Positions 50,822-63,995 are shown, counted from the stretch's first letter. The stretch is 64,000 nt of DNA from an uncultured Verrucomicrobiae bacterium (GCA_963772365.1 CAVYXA010000003.1:768896-832895), one strand, 5' to 3'. Made by a program: numbers and translations. Notes: a model not told the origin generated them from the sequence alone.

Positions 50822-52288
50822 TCAATTCTTTGGCTCGTCAACTTTCCTTGTTGCCTCCTTGGCCTCGACCTGGCGAGCGGCCGGCGACTTGCCTTCGAGA
50901 ATCTCGTCGATCTCCTTGGCGAGCGATTTGTTGAGCGGCGGGGCCGCATCGGGGTCAAAGCCGACGTGCACCGACCGCACAATCCCCTTGCCGTCCAATA
51001 TCAGAAGCGTGGGGTATCCTTCGATCTGGAACGCCTCGCCGATCGACTTGCTCGGATCGAGGCCGATCAGCCCGACCGCGCTGCCCGTCAGGTTGATCTG
51101 CTTGGTGCTCAGGGTCTTCTCGACGAGCTTACGGACCTCAGAGAGTTCCGCGGGGTTGTCGTCCTGGCTCAGCGCAACGACGACCACGCCTTTCTTGGAA
51201 TCTGCATAGGTTTCGATCAGCTTCTGGATCTCGGGTAGTTCCATCATGCATGGCCCGCACCAGGTTGCCCAGAAGTCGATCACGACGACTTTGCCGGCGA
51301 GCTCGGCCTTGGTGATCGTCTTGGTCTTGTCCGGTCCATCCAGCACGGTCAGGACGAAATTCGGGGCGGGTTTGCCCACTTTGTCGTCTTCGTCGGCCGG
51401 GCGCTGTCGCTGCGCGACGAGTGATTCGACCTTGGCAAAGTCCTTGGGTGCTTCGAAGCCGAACGACCGGTCCTTCGGCGAGCTGGGTGACGACCGTGCC
51501 CGAGTTCCAGCCGAACTGGTCGATCGATACGGTCAGCCCTTGGGAAGACTCCGGGCCAATTGCTCGGGGTCGATCTTCATGTCGATGCTCGAGAGCAGCT
51601 TGGTGGCTCGGATTGACGTGAGGAGCATGTCGGGCCGTCCCTGCCCTAGCTCGATCATGATCGCCCGGTGCTCGGGCTTGGTGCCGGCAGCCGGTTTCGC
51701 GGCCAGGGGCCGCGGCCGGCGCGGCTGAAACGTTCCGCCAAGCTGCGCTGACCGCGGCCGCGGGATCGGGGCCGGTCAGGAGATTCAGCAGGAGGAACAT
51801 CGGTCCGCCGGCGGGGCCCGCCGAAAAGCATCGCTCCGGTCGGTCCCTGGCGAAATGTGTCGAAACCGATCTTGCTGGGGGGCGGGGACAGCCGTGTACT
51901 GCTTCAGCGGTTTCACGGCGGTTGTCAACGTCGTGTCCGTCGCTGGTGATCCGAACCTGGCCCGGCGTCGAGATCGAGCTTGTTGGGACGCACAAATGTC
52001 AGCTTGAGCGGTAACGCCTGTTTCTGGGTCTTGCCCTCGGTCGTCATCGCAATCACAAACTCACCCTGGTCCGAATAAGCCGGCAGATCCTGGTACGCCT
52101 TGGCCACCTGGTCGAAGAGGGCGCGGGCTTGCGAATCATCGCGTTTGGCTCCTGGTTCAGCCGAGCTTCAGCTCCTGAGGCTGAGCCACGACCGGCGAGC
52201 CGAAAACGAGACCGAGCGCGATCGCTCCGGCGAAAGCCAGTTTTCCGACTGAGTCGGCCCGCGTCCAAGTTTTCCCATTCCGGAACAT
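50822..52288 (-). CDS. Exported redoxin: DUF2092/LolA-like N-terminus plus TlpA-type thioredoxin, multiple frameshifts
   Basis: [22 protein letters not shown]. Upstream pieces AYSDQGEF and FVRPNKL. Confidence 0.75.
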
Positions 52289-52549
52289 GAAGATTCCTTC
52301 GCAACAAGGGGAGAGCCGGACCGGCGACCGTGCCCGGCACGCTCGGCCCGACGGGGGCGAAAGCGTTAATTGTATCTCCGAAACCGCTCTCGCGTCGAGC
52401 CGATCATGCAGCGGTGCCAGTGCGGCCGGCTGCGAGATACTGGCTCCGGTCCAGCCCACCCAAGGCCTCATTGGACCGTGAGCGATCACACGCAAAACAA
52501 CTCGCACCGCATCTCGATCGGGCTCAGAGGTGATGCCACTCGATTCGGG

Positions 52550-53815
52550 ATCGCAAGCGGCATCACCGGTCCGTGCGGGGGCGGACCCGTCGCAGCAAGG
52601 GCGGGGCGGCAGCAGGTGGCCCAGCTTGTCGCGCTTGGCGTCGAGGTATCGCCGCCGCTCCGCCAGTCGGGCGCGATGATCGGCAACCTGGTCGACGACC
52701 TTCAGGTCGTAACCATAATAGACAAACGCGTCGGTCTTCTTCGGGTTGTTGGTCAAGAGGCGGACCCGGGAGAGCCCCAGGTCCTTGAGGATCTGCAGGC
52801 CGATGCCGTAATCGCGCAGGTCGGCCCGGTAGCCCAGAGCGACGTTGGCCTGGACGGTATCCAGTCCCTTGTCCTGGAGGTTGTAGGCCCGGATCTTCTC
52901 GATCAGCCGATGCCCCGGCCTTCCTGAGGCAGGTAGATCAGGGCCCCGGCCCCCTCGTCGCCGATCATCGCCAGCGCCATGTGGAGCTGGTCGCCGCAAT
53001 CGCAGCGCAGCGAGTCGAGCAGGTCGCCGGTGAAGCACGAGGAGTGCAGCCGGACCAGCGGGGCCTCGACCGACTGCAGGTCGCCCATGACGAAGGCGAT
53101 CGGCTCGTTGCCCGGCTCGTGCTGGACGCGATAGCCGATGATCCGGCCGCGGCCGTAACGAGTCGGCAGATCGGCCTCGGCGACGCGGTGAACCAGCTTC
53201 TCGCGCAGGCGGCGATACTTGATCAGGGCCTCGATCGAGACGATCGGCAGACCGTGCTCGCGGGCGATCTCGTGCAGCCGCTCGCGGCTGGCGACGCCTG
53301 TGCCGTCGAGTGATCTCGCAGAGGACGCCCGGCCGGCGGTCAAGTCCGGCCAGCCGTGCCAGGTCGACCGTGGCCTCGGTGTGGCCCGCGCGGCGGAGCA
53401 CGCCCCCTTCCTTGGCCACGAGCGGAAACAGGTGGCCGGGCCGGACCAGGTCGTCCGGACCGTGTCGCCGGGTCGATGATCGCCTGGACCGTCCGCGCCC
53501 GCTCCTCGGCGCTGATGCCCGTGCGGCACGAGATGTGGTCGACCGGCACCGTGTACGGCGTCTGGTGCGGGGCCGTGTTGCGATCGACCATCGGGCCGAG
53601 CTGAAGCCGGGCGGCCGACCTCGGGCAAGATCGGCATGCAGAAAAGCCCCCGCCCGTGCGTGATCATGAACTCGATCGTCTCGGGCGTGACCTTCTCGGC
53701 CGCCGCGACGAAGTCGCCCTCGTTCTCCCGGTCTTCATCATCGACGACAATGATGATCCGCCCTTCCGCGAAGGGCCTCGAGGGCGTCGTCGATCTTGGA
53801 GAATTCATCGTGCAT
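52550..53815 (-). CDS. ribBA: Bifunctional DHBP synthase / GTP cyclohydrolase II, frameshifted, 3' end approximate
   Basis: [56 protein letters not shown]. Confidence 0.92.
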
Positions 53816-54078
53816 GGCCGGTTCCTGAACTGGAGTCGGTGCGGGCTCGGGAGATATTCCGGCGACCGCTCGATGGAAAACATCGCACATCATAACCATT
53901 TTACTCAAAGGGCGTATCGGGGCGCACTGTCCTTGTCGCCCCCGGGCGCAGCGCTCCGAACTTATGCCTCGCGCGGCTATGAGTGAGACATGCTGAAATC
54001 GTTGGAAATCGACCGTCATCTGCTCTTGGCACGGTCTCGAGGGTGGCCGAGCCGGGGGCGCACTCGCACTGGCCCGTT

Positions 54079-55305
54079 TCAGCGCCCCTGGCACAGGAGA
54101 AGACCGGCTGCCGGCGATTTCCCGGCTGGGTGAACGGATTCTGATTTCGAAAGGAAGGCTAGCTCTCGCCACGGCTGGCGGTGCCAGTCCCCGTCTGGAA
54201 GTCTCGTAAGGCGCTCAAGTCCGGCCAGCGCGTCCCGGTCAACCGGGCACTCGGCCAGGACCTCGGCCCATACCTTCGCCGCCTCGGCATGGTCGCCGCG
54301 CTCGGCGGCCAGCACCGCCAGGTTGCGCCGGGTCAGGTGCCCGTAGATCCCCTGGTCGACGCTGGCGAACTGCTCGGGCCGGCGCAGCGTCAGGATCCGC
54401 CGCCAGCAGCGCTCGGCCTCGCGCCGACTCGCCCCGCTGCCGGTGCACCACCGCCTTGCGGAACCAGCAGCTCGGCGTCCTCGGGGTCGAGCGCCAGCCC
54501 CTCGGCGCAGGTCCGCAGCGCCGCGCCGGGTCGCCGAGCATCTGGTGGCGCCCGGGCGATCAGCGCGAACAGCTTCCGCGTGATCGAGTCGGTCGGCGCC
54601 GAGCCGCGCCAGGCTCCGGCGCAATAACTCCAGCGCCGCGTGCCAGTCCTTGCCGCTCGATGGCGATCGAGCCGCAGGTTGAACAGGATGAACGGCTCAT
54701 CGGGCCGGTCGTTCAGCTCCTCCGTCGAGGATCCTGGCGTCGCGGTCGAGCTTCCTGGCCCGCAGCGACCGGGTCGGTATAGCCGGTGTGCCGGACGATG
54801 ACTCGGTCCATCGGACCGGGATGCCGGCCCGCCGCAGGGCCGGCAGGATCTGCTCGTGCACGCGGTAGGTCCAGCGGACATCCTCGCGGAGCGGGAACAG
54901 CCGGATGTGGTCGACGACGGTCTCGCCGCCGCCGCCGTCGGCGCCGGGGTCGCACGGCGCAGCGCACGACATAGGCGCGCCTGCGTCGCCGGCCTCGCAA
55001 GCCGTCCAGCAGCGCCCCGCAGCTTCTCCCGCTCCGGCGGCTCGACCACGTCGTCGGCGTCGAGCCAGAAGGCGTAATCGCCGGTGGCCCGCGCCAGCGC
55101 CGCGTTCCGTGCCGCGGCGAAGTCGTCGATCCAGGCGAAGTCGAACACCTGCGCCCCAAACTCCCGGGCGATCTCCTTGGTCCGGTCGGTGCTGCCGGTA
55201 TCGACCACGACGATCTCGTCGAAGAGGCCCCGCACCGATTCCAGGCAATCCGGCAGGTTCTTCTCCTCGTCTCTGACGATCATCGTCAGGCTGACCGCGA
55301 GCCGC
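54079..55305 (-). CDS. GT2 glycosyltransferase with TPR repeats, frameshifted, 5' end lost at a junction
   Basis: [42 protein letters not shown], helical repeats. Confidence 0.85.
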
Positions 55306-55324
55306 CGGATCAGCCGCACCGTGT

Positions 55325-56335
55325 GACGGCGCGACCTGGACCACGCCGGTACCGTCCTCAGTGGACACGAAGTCGCCGGACAGCACGGTGAAGCCGCGGG
55401 TACGTCGGCCATGCGTCTCGACCAGGAAGTCGAACAGCGGAGTGTACCGGCGGCCGACCAGCTCGCTGCCCTTGAGCGTGGCAACCTGGGTCGCGTCGGC
55501 GAACTCCTTCTGGTAGGCGCCCAGTCGGGACTCCGCCAGGATGTACCGCTGGCCGTCGCGCTCCAGCACCGCGTAGTCGATGTCCGGCCCGACCACCAGC
55601 GCCCGTTGGGTACCAGCGTCCACGGCATCGTCGTCCACGCCAGGATCCGCTCGCCGGAGTCCAGTTCGGAACTCCACAGTGGACGCCGGGTCGGTGCGGT
55701 CCTTGTAGACGTCGTCCATCCGGGTCTCGGTGTTCGACAGCGGCGTCTCGCAGCGCCAGCAGTAGGCCAGCACCCGGAAGCCCTCGTAGACCAGGCCCTT
55801 GTCGTACAGCGTCTTGAACGCCCAGGCGACACTCTCCATATAGGACAGGTCGAGGGTCTTGTAGTCGTTGTCGAAGTCCACCCAGCGGGCCTGCCGGGTG
55901 ACGTACCGCTCCCAGTCCCGGGTGTACTCGCAGCACCGAGGTGCGGCAGGCGTCGTTGAACTGCGCCACGCCGAGGTCGAGGATCTCGCGCCTTGCTGGT
56001 GATGCCGAGCTGCTTCTCCGCCTCCACCTCGGCGGGCAGCCCGTGGCAGTCCCAGCCGAACCGGCGCTCGACCCGGCGACCGCGCATCGTCTGGTACCGC
56101 GGCACCACGTCCTTGACGTACCCGGTCAGCAGGTGGCCGTAGTGCGGCAGCCCGTTGGCGAACGGCGGTCCGTCGTAGAAGACGTACTCGTTTCCCGGCC
56201 GCCCGGGCGCCGGACTCGACCGAGCGCCGGGAAGGTCTTGTCGGCGGCCCAGTAGTCCAGGACGGCGCGCTCGACCGCGGGCAGGTCGGGGCTGGCCGGT
56301 ACCCCCGGCTTCGCGGCGTGCTTCGGATAGGCCTG
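55325..56335 (-). CDS. ileS: Isoleucine--tRNA ligase, N-terminal third only, frameshifted
   Basis: [47 protein letters not shown]. Confidence 0.92.
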
Positions 56336-56339
56336 CGGG

Positions 56340-56565
56340 TCGCTCTCCTCGCGCGGTGTGCGTGGTGCGGCACGTTCCACGCGAGGACGAGCGTCGCCGC
56401 CGGGATCGGCGGGCAACCCGCGGTACCACCTCGCTTGGTGGTCCGGGGAGACCACCCGCTCGTTGGTCGGCTGTGACGGGCCGCACCCGTCCGGTTCTAC
56501 TGAGGCCGCGGCTGCGAGCCGCGGCCCGTTCTTCCGGAGGCTCACCGGTGATGGCCGGGTCAACG
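56340..56565 (-). promoter_or_regulatory. Translational ileS T-box riboswitch (actinobacterial, ultrashort Stem I)
   Basis: Stem CCGGCC-ATC-ACCGG with Ile specifier AUC (56545-56558), GAAGAAC/AGTAGAAC stem II motifs, T-box AAGCGAGGTGGTACCGCG (56419-56436), and CTCGTCCTCGC complementary to the GCGAGGAG SD. Confidence 0.92.
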
Positions 56566-56624
56566 CCTGTCCATCAAGGGTACCCGATCGGGCGCCCGGC
56601 CCTCACCGTGGTTTCGCCCGGGCC

Positions 56625-57040
56625 CTACTCCGGCAGGTCGGGGAACCAGAGGGCGATCTCCCGCTTGGCGCTGTCGGCCGAGTCGGAGGCGTGCACCAGG
56701 TTCTCCCGGTTGGACAGGGACAGGTCGCCGCGGATGGTGCCGGCGGCCGCCTTGCGGCCGTCGGTCGCGCCGACCAGCGCCGCGGACCACCTCGATCACC
56801 TGGTCGCCGGAGAGCACCAGCGGCGACCAGCGGGCCGCCGGTCATGAACTCCTTCAGCGGCGGGTAGAACGGCTTGTCGACGTGCTCGGCGTAGTGCTGG
56901 TCGGCGAGGTCGGCGTCCATGGTGCGGAGCACCATCGCCTCGATCGCCAGGCCCTTGCGCTCGAACCGGCCGAGGATCTCCCCGACCAGGCCGCGGCGGA
57001 CCGCGTCGGGCTTGATCAGTACGAGCGTCCGTTCGGACAC
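56625..57040 (-). CDS. ndk: Nucleoside diphosphate kinase, frameshifted
   Basis: [44 protein letters not shown]. Confidence 0.92.
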
Positions 57041-57215
57041 GGCAGTCCCTCCTTCGCCTCGCGCGGAGCCAACCGGTGTACGGGCTGGACCGTCCGCCGG
57101 TGGCCAACCCGCCTAGCCGACGGTCAATGCCCGGTCGCGGCGGCCGGCTTCGCCTACGCCGGCCGCGCGCCGCGGCAGGCAGCCTGGCACCTGACAAGGC
57201 CCTGGGAGGTCCACC

Positions 57216-58714
57216 GTGGCGAGGAACCGCCGCTGGTCGTCTCCACCCGCCGCAAGGTCATCGCCGCGGTGCTCGGGCATCCTGGCCATGTTCGTGATCT
57301 GCGCGGGCCGGGCATGACAGCTGGGCGCCGTGGCGCTCGGGGTCGCGCTGCGGTGCGGCCGGCTCGCGCTCTACGTGGTGTCCGCGCTGCGGCGGCCGCG
57401 AGTTCACCTAGGTGCCCGGCACGGCGCAACGTGCAGAGCTGCTCGCCGCCGCCCGCGTCCACCCAGTACGGGCGCTGCGAGCTGCTGGTGATCGTCACGC
57501 CCCGGGCATGGACGACGGGCCGGTCAAGATCCTCGAGCCCCGGGTACCGGTCGCCAAGTGGCCGCACGGGGGCAGCGCGCTGCCGGTCCTGGTGGCGATC
57601 ACGACCGGCGGCGGATCAGGGTGCTGTGGGACCAGGTCCGCAGCCACGGCGACGCGGCGCGGACGCAGCGACGCTGCGCGAGTACCCGGCCGACGACGAC
57701 GCCAGCGCGACCGCGGACCTGGGCGAGATGTTCGCGAGGGCGACGGCGAGGACGACGCCGCGCTGGACGACCTCGCCGCGACCGGCGCGAGTACGTCGAG
57801 CGCCGTCATGGACCCGGCGTCGGCCGAGCCGCGATCATCGGCAGACCCCGCCGTCGGCCGACTGGCCGGGGACGACTTCCGCGACGTTCTCGGCGACCGG
57901 AGTCCGCCGGCATCGACGAGTCGCCGGGCTGCCGGGAGCGATCGAGGTGGAGCTGCCCCGGTCGTCCAGGAGGCCGGGGCCGGCGCGCCGGGCGCGTCCG
58001 CCGACGAGGGCCGGCGGCCGTCGCCGACCGGCGGCCCGTCGCCGCGCCCGCGCCGCCGGTCCACGACGAGATCGACGACGCGCTGGACACCGGCAGCGTC
58101 ATGACCGCCGGGCCGCTGGTCAACCCGGCCAACCCGCCGCAGCCCGCGGTCGGGCCGCGAGCCGGTGGACCTGGCCGATGCCACCCGACGCCGCCGGGCT
58201 CCAGGTGGATCACGTGTACCGGTCGACCCGGCGGTACGGGCGATCCCGGAGCAGCGACCGCCGACGAGGCCGGATCTCCGACGCCTACCGGCCGCCACCC
58301 CGCCGGCCGGCCGGTCACCGGGCCGTCGGTGCGGGGCGTCGGCATCACGCTGCTCGTCACCAACCTGGACCGGTCGGTCGCCTTCTACCGGGACAGCTCG
58401 GCTTCGCCAGGTGGACAGGGGCAGGGCAACGCGGTGCTGGAGTCCGGCGGACAGCCGGATGGTGCTGCGCCGGGTGGCCGGACATCGCGCCGATCAACCG
58501 CCGGCTGGTCCACCTCAACCTGGAGGTAGCCGACATCCAGGCCGCCTACGACGACCTGCGCGGGCGGGGCGTGACGTTCGTGCACCGGCCCCGCGCGGTC
58601 AGCCGGCACGAGCAGCTGGAGCTGTGGTCGGCGGCCTTCCGCGACCCGGACGGCCACGGCATCGCGCTGACCCGCTGGGACCTGCGTCAGCCGAGGATGA
58701 GCGGCGCACCGTGA
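57216..58714 (+). CDS. VOC/glyoxalase C-terminal domain protein, heavily frameshifted
   Basis: SD GGAGG plus GTG. GITLLVTNLDRSVAFYRD, VHLNLEVADI, FRDPDGHGI. Confidence 0.72.
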
Positions 58715-59270
58715 GCGCGTAGGCCCAGACCGCGCCGAAGATCAGGCCCAGCACGAACAGCGCCAGTGCAGCAGGCCGCACGCGAACAGCAGGACCTGCA
58801 GGGCGGTGCCGGCGTACCAGGCCCACCGGACCGCAGCACCCCGGCCAGCAGCAGGCAGGCACCACCAGCGTGACGATCGCGGCGACGGCCGCGCCGGTGT
58901 GGTGCCCGCCGAGCTTGACCATCGGCTGGATGGCCAGCAGCAGCACCAGCGCCTCGAGGGCCAGGGCGCCGGCGCCCATGCCGCGCACCGCGGCGTGCGG
59001 GTCGCGCAGGCCCGAGGGCGGCTGCCCATGCCCGCCGGAGCCGCCGGGCTGCTCGCTACCGGGCTCGTCGCCGTCGGGTATCAGCGAGCCGCCCGGGCCG
59101 ACGAGCTCCGCGCCGGCCGGGCCGGGTCCGGCCAGGTCCTCGCGCTCCCTGCCCGGCGGCGTGGTGTCCGGGTACCACCGGGTCGGGCTGCTCCTCGGGA
59201 TCCGGCCGGGCCGGCATCGGCCGCGTCACGGCGTCGCCCCGCGTTCACCGGCGGCAGCTTCCCCGTTCAC
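58687..59270 (-). CDS. DUF4233-like membrane protein, frameshifted
   Basis: GAGALALEALVLLLAI hydrophobic protein directly after folC, the usual actinobacterial position. Confidence 0.6.
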
Positions 59271-60615
59271 CGGCGGAACAGCTTCCGCGCGTCGGCCACG
59301 GTGACCACCGAGCCGGTGATCAGCACGCCGACCCCGCTGAGCTCGCCCTGGACCTCGGTCTCGGCGAGCGCCACCGCCGCCTCGATGGCGTCCGGCAGTC
59401 TCCGGCCGCCACCTCCACCCGGTCCTCGCCGAAGATCTCCGCCGCGATCTCGGCCAGCTCGGCCGGCGGCATCGCCCGGGGCGAGCTGTTGCGGGTGACC
59501 ACGACCGCGTCGACCACCGGCTCGAGCAGCTCCAGCAGGCTCGCCGCGTCCTTGTCGGCGAGCACGGCGACCACCGCGACCAGCCGGCTGAACGCGAACT
59601 CCTCCTGCAGCGCGGTCGACCGTGGCGGCCATGCCGTGCGGGTTGTGCGCGCCGTCGAGCAGGATCGTCGGCGCGGTGCGGACCCGCTCCAGCCGGCCCG
59701 GCGAGACTGGCGCCGGCGAAGCCCTCCCGGACCGCCTCGACGTCGAGCTGCCGGCTGGCGCCCGCGCCGAGGAACGCCTCGACCGCGGCCAGCGCCACCG
59801 CGGCGTTCTGCGCCTGGTGCGCGCCGTGCAGCGGCAGGAAGACGTCCTCGTACACGCCGCCCAGGCCCTGCAGGGTGAGCACCTGGCCGCCGACCGCGAC
59901 CGCGCGGCGCAGCACGCCGAACTCGCCGCCCTCCCGGGCGATGGTCGCGCCGACCTCGGCGCAGCGCTCCAGGATCGGCCGGGCCGCCTCCTCCGTCCTG
60001 CGCCGCGCGAGATCACGCGTGGCGCCCTGTGGATGATGCCGGCCTTGGCCAGCGCGATGTCCTCGATGCGTGTCGCCGAGCCACTCGGTGTGGTCCAGCC
60101 CGATCGGGGTGATCACGCAGACGCCGGCCTGGAGCACGTTGGTGGCGTCGTCGGCGCCGCCCAGGCCGACCTCGACCACGGCCACGTCGACCGGGGCGTC
60201 GGCGAACGCGGCGAACGCCAGCGCGGTGGTCATGTCGAAGTAGGTCAGCGGCTCGTCGCGACCGCTGGTCGACCAGCTCGGCCAGCGGCGCGACCTCGCC
60301 GGTAGATCGCGACGAACCGCTCCTCGCTCGACCGGCTCGCCGTCCAGGCTGATCCGCTCCCGGACGGTCTCCAGGTGCGGGCTGGTGTAGCGGCCGGTGT
60401 GCAGGCCGAACGCCCGCAGCAGCGAGTCGATCATCCGGGCGGTGGAGGTCTTGCCGTTGGTGCCGGTCAGGTGGATCGACGGGTACGCCCGCTGCGGGCT
60501 GCCCAGCAGGTCGAGCAGCTGCTCGATCCGGCTCAGGTCGAAGACCATCCGGGTGAAGCCGCGCGCGTCCAGCTGCGGCGTCGACCTCGGCGAACTCGCG
60601 TGGCGACTCGGTCAC
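59267..60615 (-). CDS. folC: Folylpolyglutamate/dihydrofolate synthase, frameshifted
   Basis: TGTNGKTS, YTSPHL..RERI, EVGLGG..DATN, LDH, PGRLE, DGAHNP, ITGSV. Confidence 0.93.
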
Positions 60616-63244
60616 GTGCGGCAGCGCCTCCAGGGCGGCGTCGATCCGGGCCAGGTCGGCCTCGGCCGCGGCCAGCCGGTCGCTGGATCTTGGCGACCAC
60701 CGGCTCCGGCGCCTTGCCGACGAACGCCGGGTTGCCCAGCTTCGCCCGGGCCTGGCCGGCCTCCTTCTCGGCGGCGGCCCGGTCCTTGTCCAGCCGGGCC
60801 CGCTCGGCGGCCACGTCGATCGCGCCGCGGGTGTCCAGCGCGACGCTGACCCCGCCGGGACCGGCGAGCGTCGCGCGTGGCGTGGAAGTCCGTCGCCGGC
60901 CGTCGTCGAGCCGGGCCAGCGACCGGATCAGCGGCTCGTGCGCCGCGATGCCGGCGCCGGCCAGGCCGTCGAGCCGGGCCGCCACCCGCTGGCCGGGCCG
61001 CAGCCCCTGGTCGGAGCGGAACCGGCGGACCTCGGTGACCACCCGCTGCAGCGCGGCGATCTCGGCCTCGGCGGCGTCGTCGACACAGCGCCGGGTCCGG
61101 CGCCGGCCAGGCCGGCGGTCATGCACCGTCTCGCCGCCGGTCAGCGCGGTCCACAGCTCGTCGGTGACGAACGGGATGACCGGGTGCAGCAGCCGCAGCA
61201 GCTGGTCGAGCACGTGCCCGAGCACCCGGCGGGTGACGTCGGCCGGCTCACCGCCCGCGGCCAGCACCGGCTTGGCCAGCTCGACGTACCAGTCGCAGAC
61301 GTCGTCCCAGGCGAAGTGGTAGAGCAGCGTCGCAGACCTTGGCGAACTCGTACGCCTCGAACTGCTCGTCGACCTCGGCGGTGACGTGCTGCAGCCGGGA
61401 CAGGATCCACCGGTCGACGGTGGACAGCTGCTCGGCCGGCCGGCAGCGGCCCGCCGACTGTGCGCGCCGTTCATCAGCGCGAACCGGGTGGCGTTCCACA
61501 GCTTGTTGCAGAAGTTGCGCGAGCCCTGGCACCACTCCTCGCTGACCGGCACGTCCGCGCCCGGGTTGGCGCCGCGGGCCAGCGTGAACCGGGTGGCGTC
61601 GGCGCCGAACCGGTCGATCCAGTCCAGCGGGTCGACCACGTTGCCGAACGACTTCGACATCTTCTTGCCGTGCTCGTCGCGGACCATGCCGTGCAGGGCG
61701 ACCACGTCGAACGGCGGCTGGCCGTCCATCGCGTACAGGCCGAACATCATCATCCGGGCGACCCAGAAGAACAGGATGTCGTAGCCGGTGACCAGCACGC
61801 TGGTCGGGTAGAACTGCGCCAGGTCCGGGGTCTGCTCCGGCCAGCCGAGGGTGGAGAACGGCCACAGCGCCGCTGGAGAACCAGGTGTCGAGCACGTCCT
61901 CGTCCTGGCGCCAGCCCTCGCCGGTCGGGCGGCTCGCTCGTCCGGGCCGACGCAGACGATCTCGCCGTCCGGGCCGTACCAGACCGGGATGCGGTGCCCC
62001 CACCACAGCTGCCGGGAGATGCACCAGTCGTGCATGTTGTCGACCCAGGCGAAGTAGCGCTTGGCCAGCTCCGCCGGCTCGATGCTGCACCCGGCCGTCG
62101 CGCACCGCGTCGCCGGCCGCCTTGGCCAGCGGGCCGGTGTTGACGAACCACTGCAGCGACAGCCGCGGCTCGACGGTGGTCTTGCAGCGCGAGCAGTGCC
62201 CGACCGCGTGCACGTACGGGCCGCTTCTCGGCGACGATCCGGCCCTGCTCGCGCAGCGCGGCGACGATCGCCGGGCGGGCCTCGAACCGGTCCAGCCCCT
62301 GGAACGGGCCGTGCGCGGTGATGACGCCGCGCTCGTCCATGATCGTCAGGCTGCGGCAGGTCGTGCCGCTGGCCGATCTCGAAGTCGTTCGGGTCGTGCG
62401 CCGGGGTCACCTTGACCGCGCCGGTGCCGAAGGCCGGGTCGACGTGCTCGTCGGCGACGATCGGGATGCGCCGGCCGGTCAGCGGCAGCTCCACCTCGGT
62501 GCCGATGAGGTGCCGGTAGCGCTCGTCGTCGGGGTGCACCGCCACGGCGGTGTCGCCGAGCATCGTCTCCGCCCGGGTGGTGGCCACCACGATCCTCGTC
62601 GCTGTACCGGATGGAGACCAGCTCGCCCTCGTCGTCGGTGTGCTCGACCTCGATGTCGGACAGCGCGGTCAGGCAGCGCGGGCACCAGTTGATGATCCGC
62701 TCGGCGCGGTAGATCAGGCCGTCGTCGAAGAGCCGCTTGAAGATCGTCTGCACGGCCCGGGACAGGCCCTCGTCCATGGTGAAGCGCTCGCGGGCCCAGT
62801 CGACGGAGTCGCCGAGCCGGCGCATCTGGCCGAGGATCGCGCCGCCGGACTCGGCCTTCCACTGCCAGACCCGCTCGACGAACGCCTCGCGGCCGAGGTC
62901 GTGCCGGGACAGCCCCTCGGCGGCCGAGCTGCCGCTCGACCACGTTCTGGGTGGCGATGCCGGCGTGGTCCATGCCGGGCAGCCACAGCGCCTCGTAGCC
63001 CTGCATCCGCCGGCGCCGGATCAGCGCGTCCTGGATCGTGTGGTCGAGCGCGTGGCCCATGTGCAGCGAGCCGGTCACGTTCGGCGGCGGGATGACGATC
63101 GGTGAACGGCGGCTTGTCGCTGGCCGCGGTCGGCCCGGAAGTGGCCGGCGGCTACCCACTGCTCGTACCGCGCTGCTCTACCTCGCCGGGCTGGTACTGG
63201 GCGGGAAGCTGCGCAGCGCCCGAGGTCTCCGGTGTCGTCGTCAC
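60612..63244 (-). CDS. valS: Valine--tRNA ligase, many frameshifts
   Basis: [57 protein letters not shown]-terminal coiled coil. Confidence 0.95.
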
Positions 63245-63305
63245 ACATTGATTTTACGGGCGGCCGATATCATGCTCCGACCGACCAGTCCTAGGGAGTA
63301 CACGC

Positions 63306-63943
63306 GTGTCCGATCTGCCGCTCCTGGAGCCCGGTACCGATCCCCCCCGTCGGCGCAGGACGCGGCGCCGGCGGAGCCGTCCGGGCGGACCCGGCGGACC
63401 CGCTGGCTGCTGATCGGGGCGCTGGCCGGGGTGCTCATCGTGGTCGCCGCGGCGGTGATCGGCTGGCGCGTCCTGTCCGGACCGCGCACCACCCTGACCA
63501 CGCCCGACTCCGTTGCCGGCCTGCGCCGCGACACCAACGCGGACGCCGCTGAAACCGCGGACTACCTGCGCGACGCGATCTCCGCCGGCGTGGCGTTGAG
63601 CGGCACGGTGGGCGCCGTCTACACCGATCCGGCCGGCGAGAGCCGTAGCGTGCTGTTCTTCGGGGGTACCGGCTCGATCAACTCGCCGGGTACCCGGCTC
63701 GACGCCGCGTTCGGTCTGCTCAATGACCAGTCCGGATCGGTGGCGGGGATCCGGGAGGTGACCGCCGGTCCGCTCGGCGGTGTGCTGAAGTGCGGTAGCA
63801 GCAACGGTGACGGCACGCCGATCTCGGTATGCGGCTGGGCCGACGGCGGCAGTCTCGCCCTCGCGCTATTTCCGGGCCGCTCGGTCGACGAGGCCGCGAA
63901 CCTCATGCGCCAGCTCCGCACCGGCATGGAGCACCGCAACTGA
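63306..63943 (+). CDS. Hypothetical single-pass membrane protein
   Basis: TM helix followed by a domain with GPLGGVLKCG..CGWAD. Start approximate. Confidence 0.7.
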
Positions 63944-63962
63944 GCGGCCGGACCGGGAAACA

Positions 63963-63995
63963 CTTCAGGGGCACCTCGATGAGGTGCCCCTGAAG
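63963..63995. terminator. 15-bp perfect hairpin, probable intrinsic terminator
   Basis: CTTCAGGGGCACCTC-GAT-GAGGTGCCCCTGAAG, 19 nt after the stop. Confidence 0.75.

Noticed and set aside
5600..55340. Cross-phylum horizontal transfer explaining the mixed gene content
   Set aside because: Two of the three boundaries cut through genes, and none shows att sites, target duplications or mobility genes.
54390..56486. Novel IleRS-glycosyltransferase fusion protein
   Set aside because: The long ORFs wander between frames across a fragment junction, and the IleRS part lacks its catalytic second half.
5704..63244. Mass pseudogenisation or programmed frameshifting
   Set aside because: Indels hit essential genes (valS, folC, ileS, ribBA) while amino-acid motifs stay intact, which points to sequencing error.
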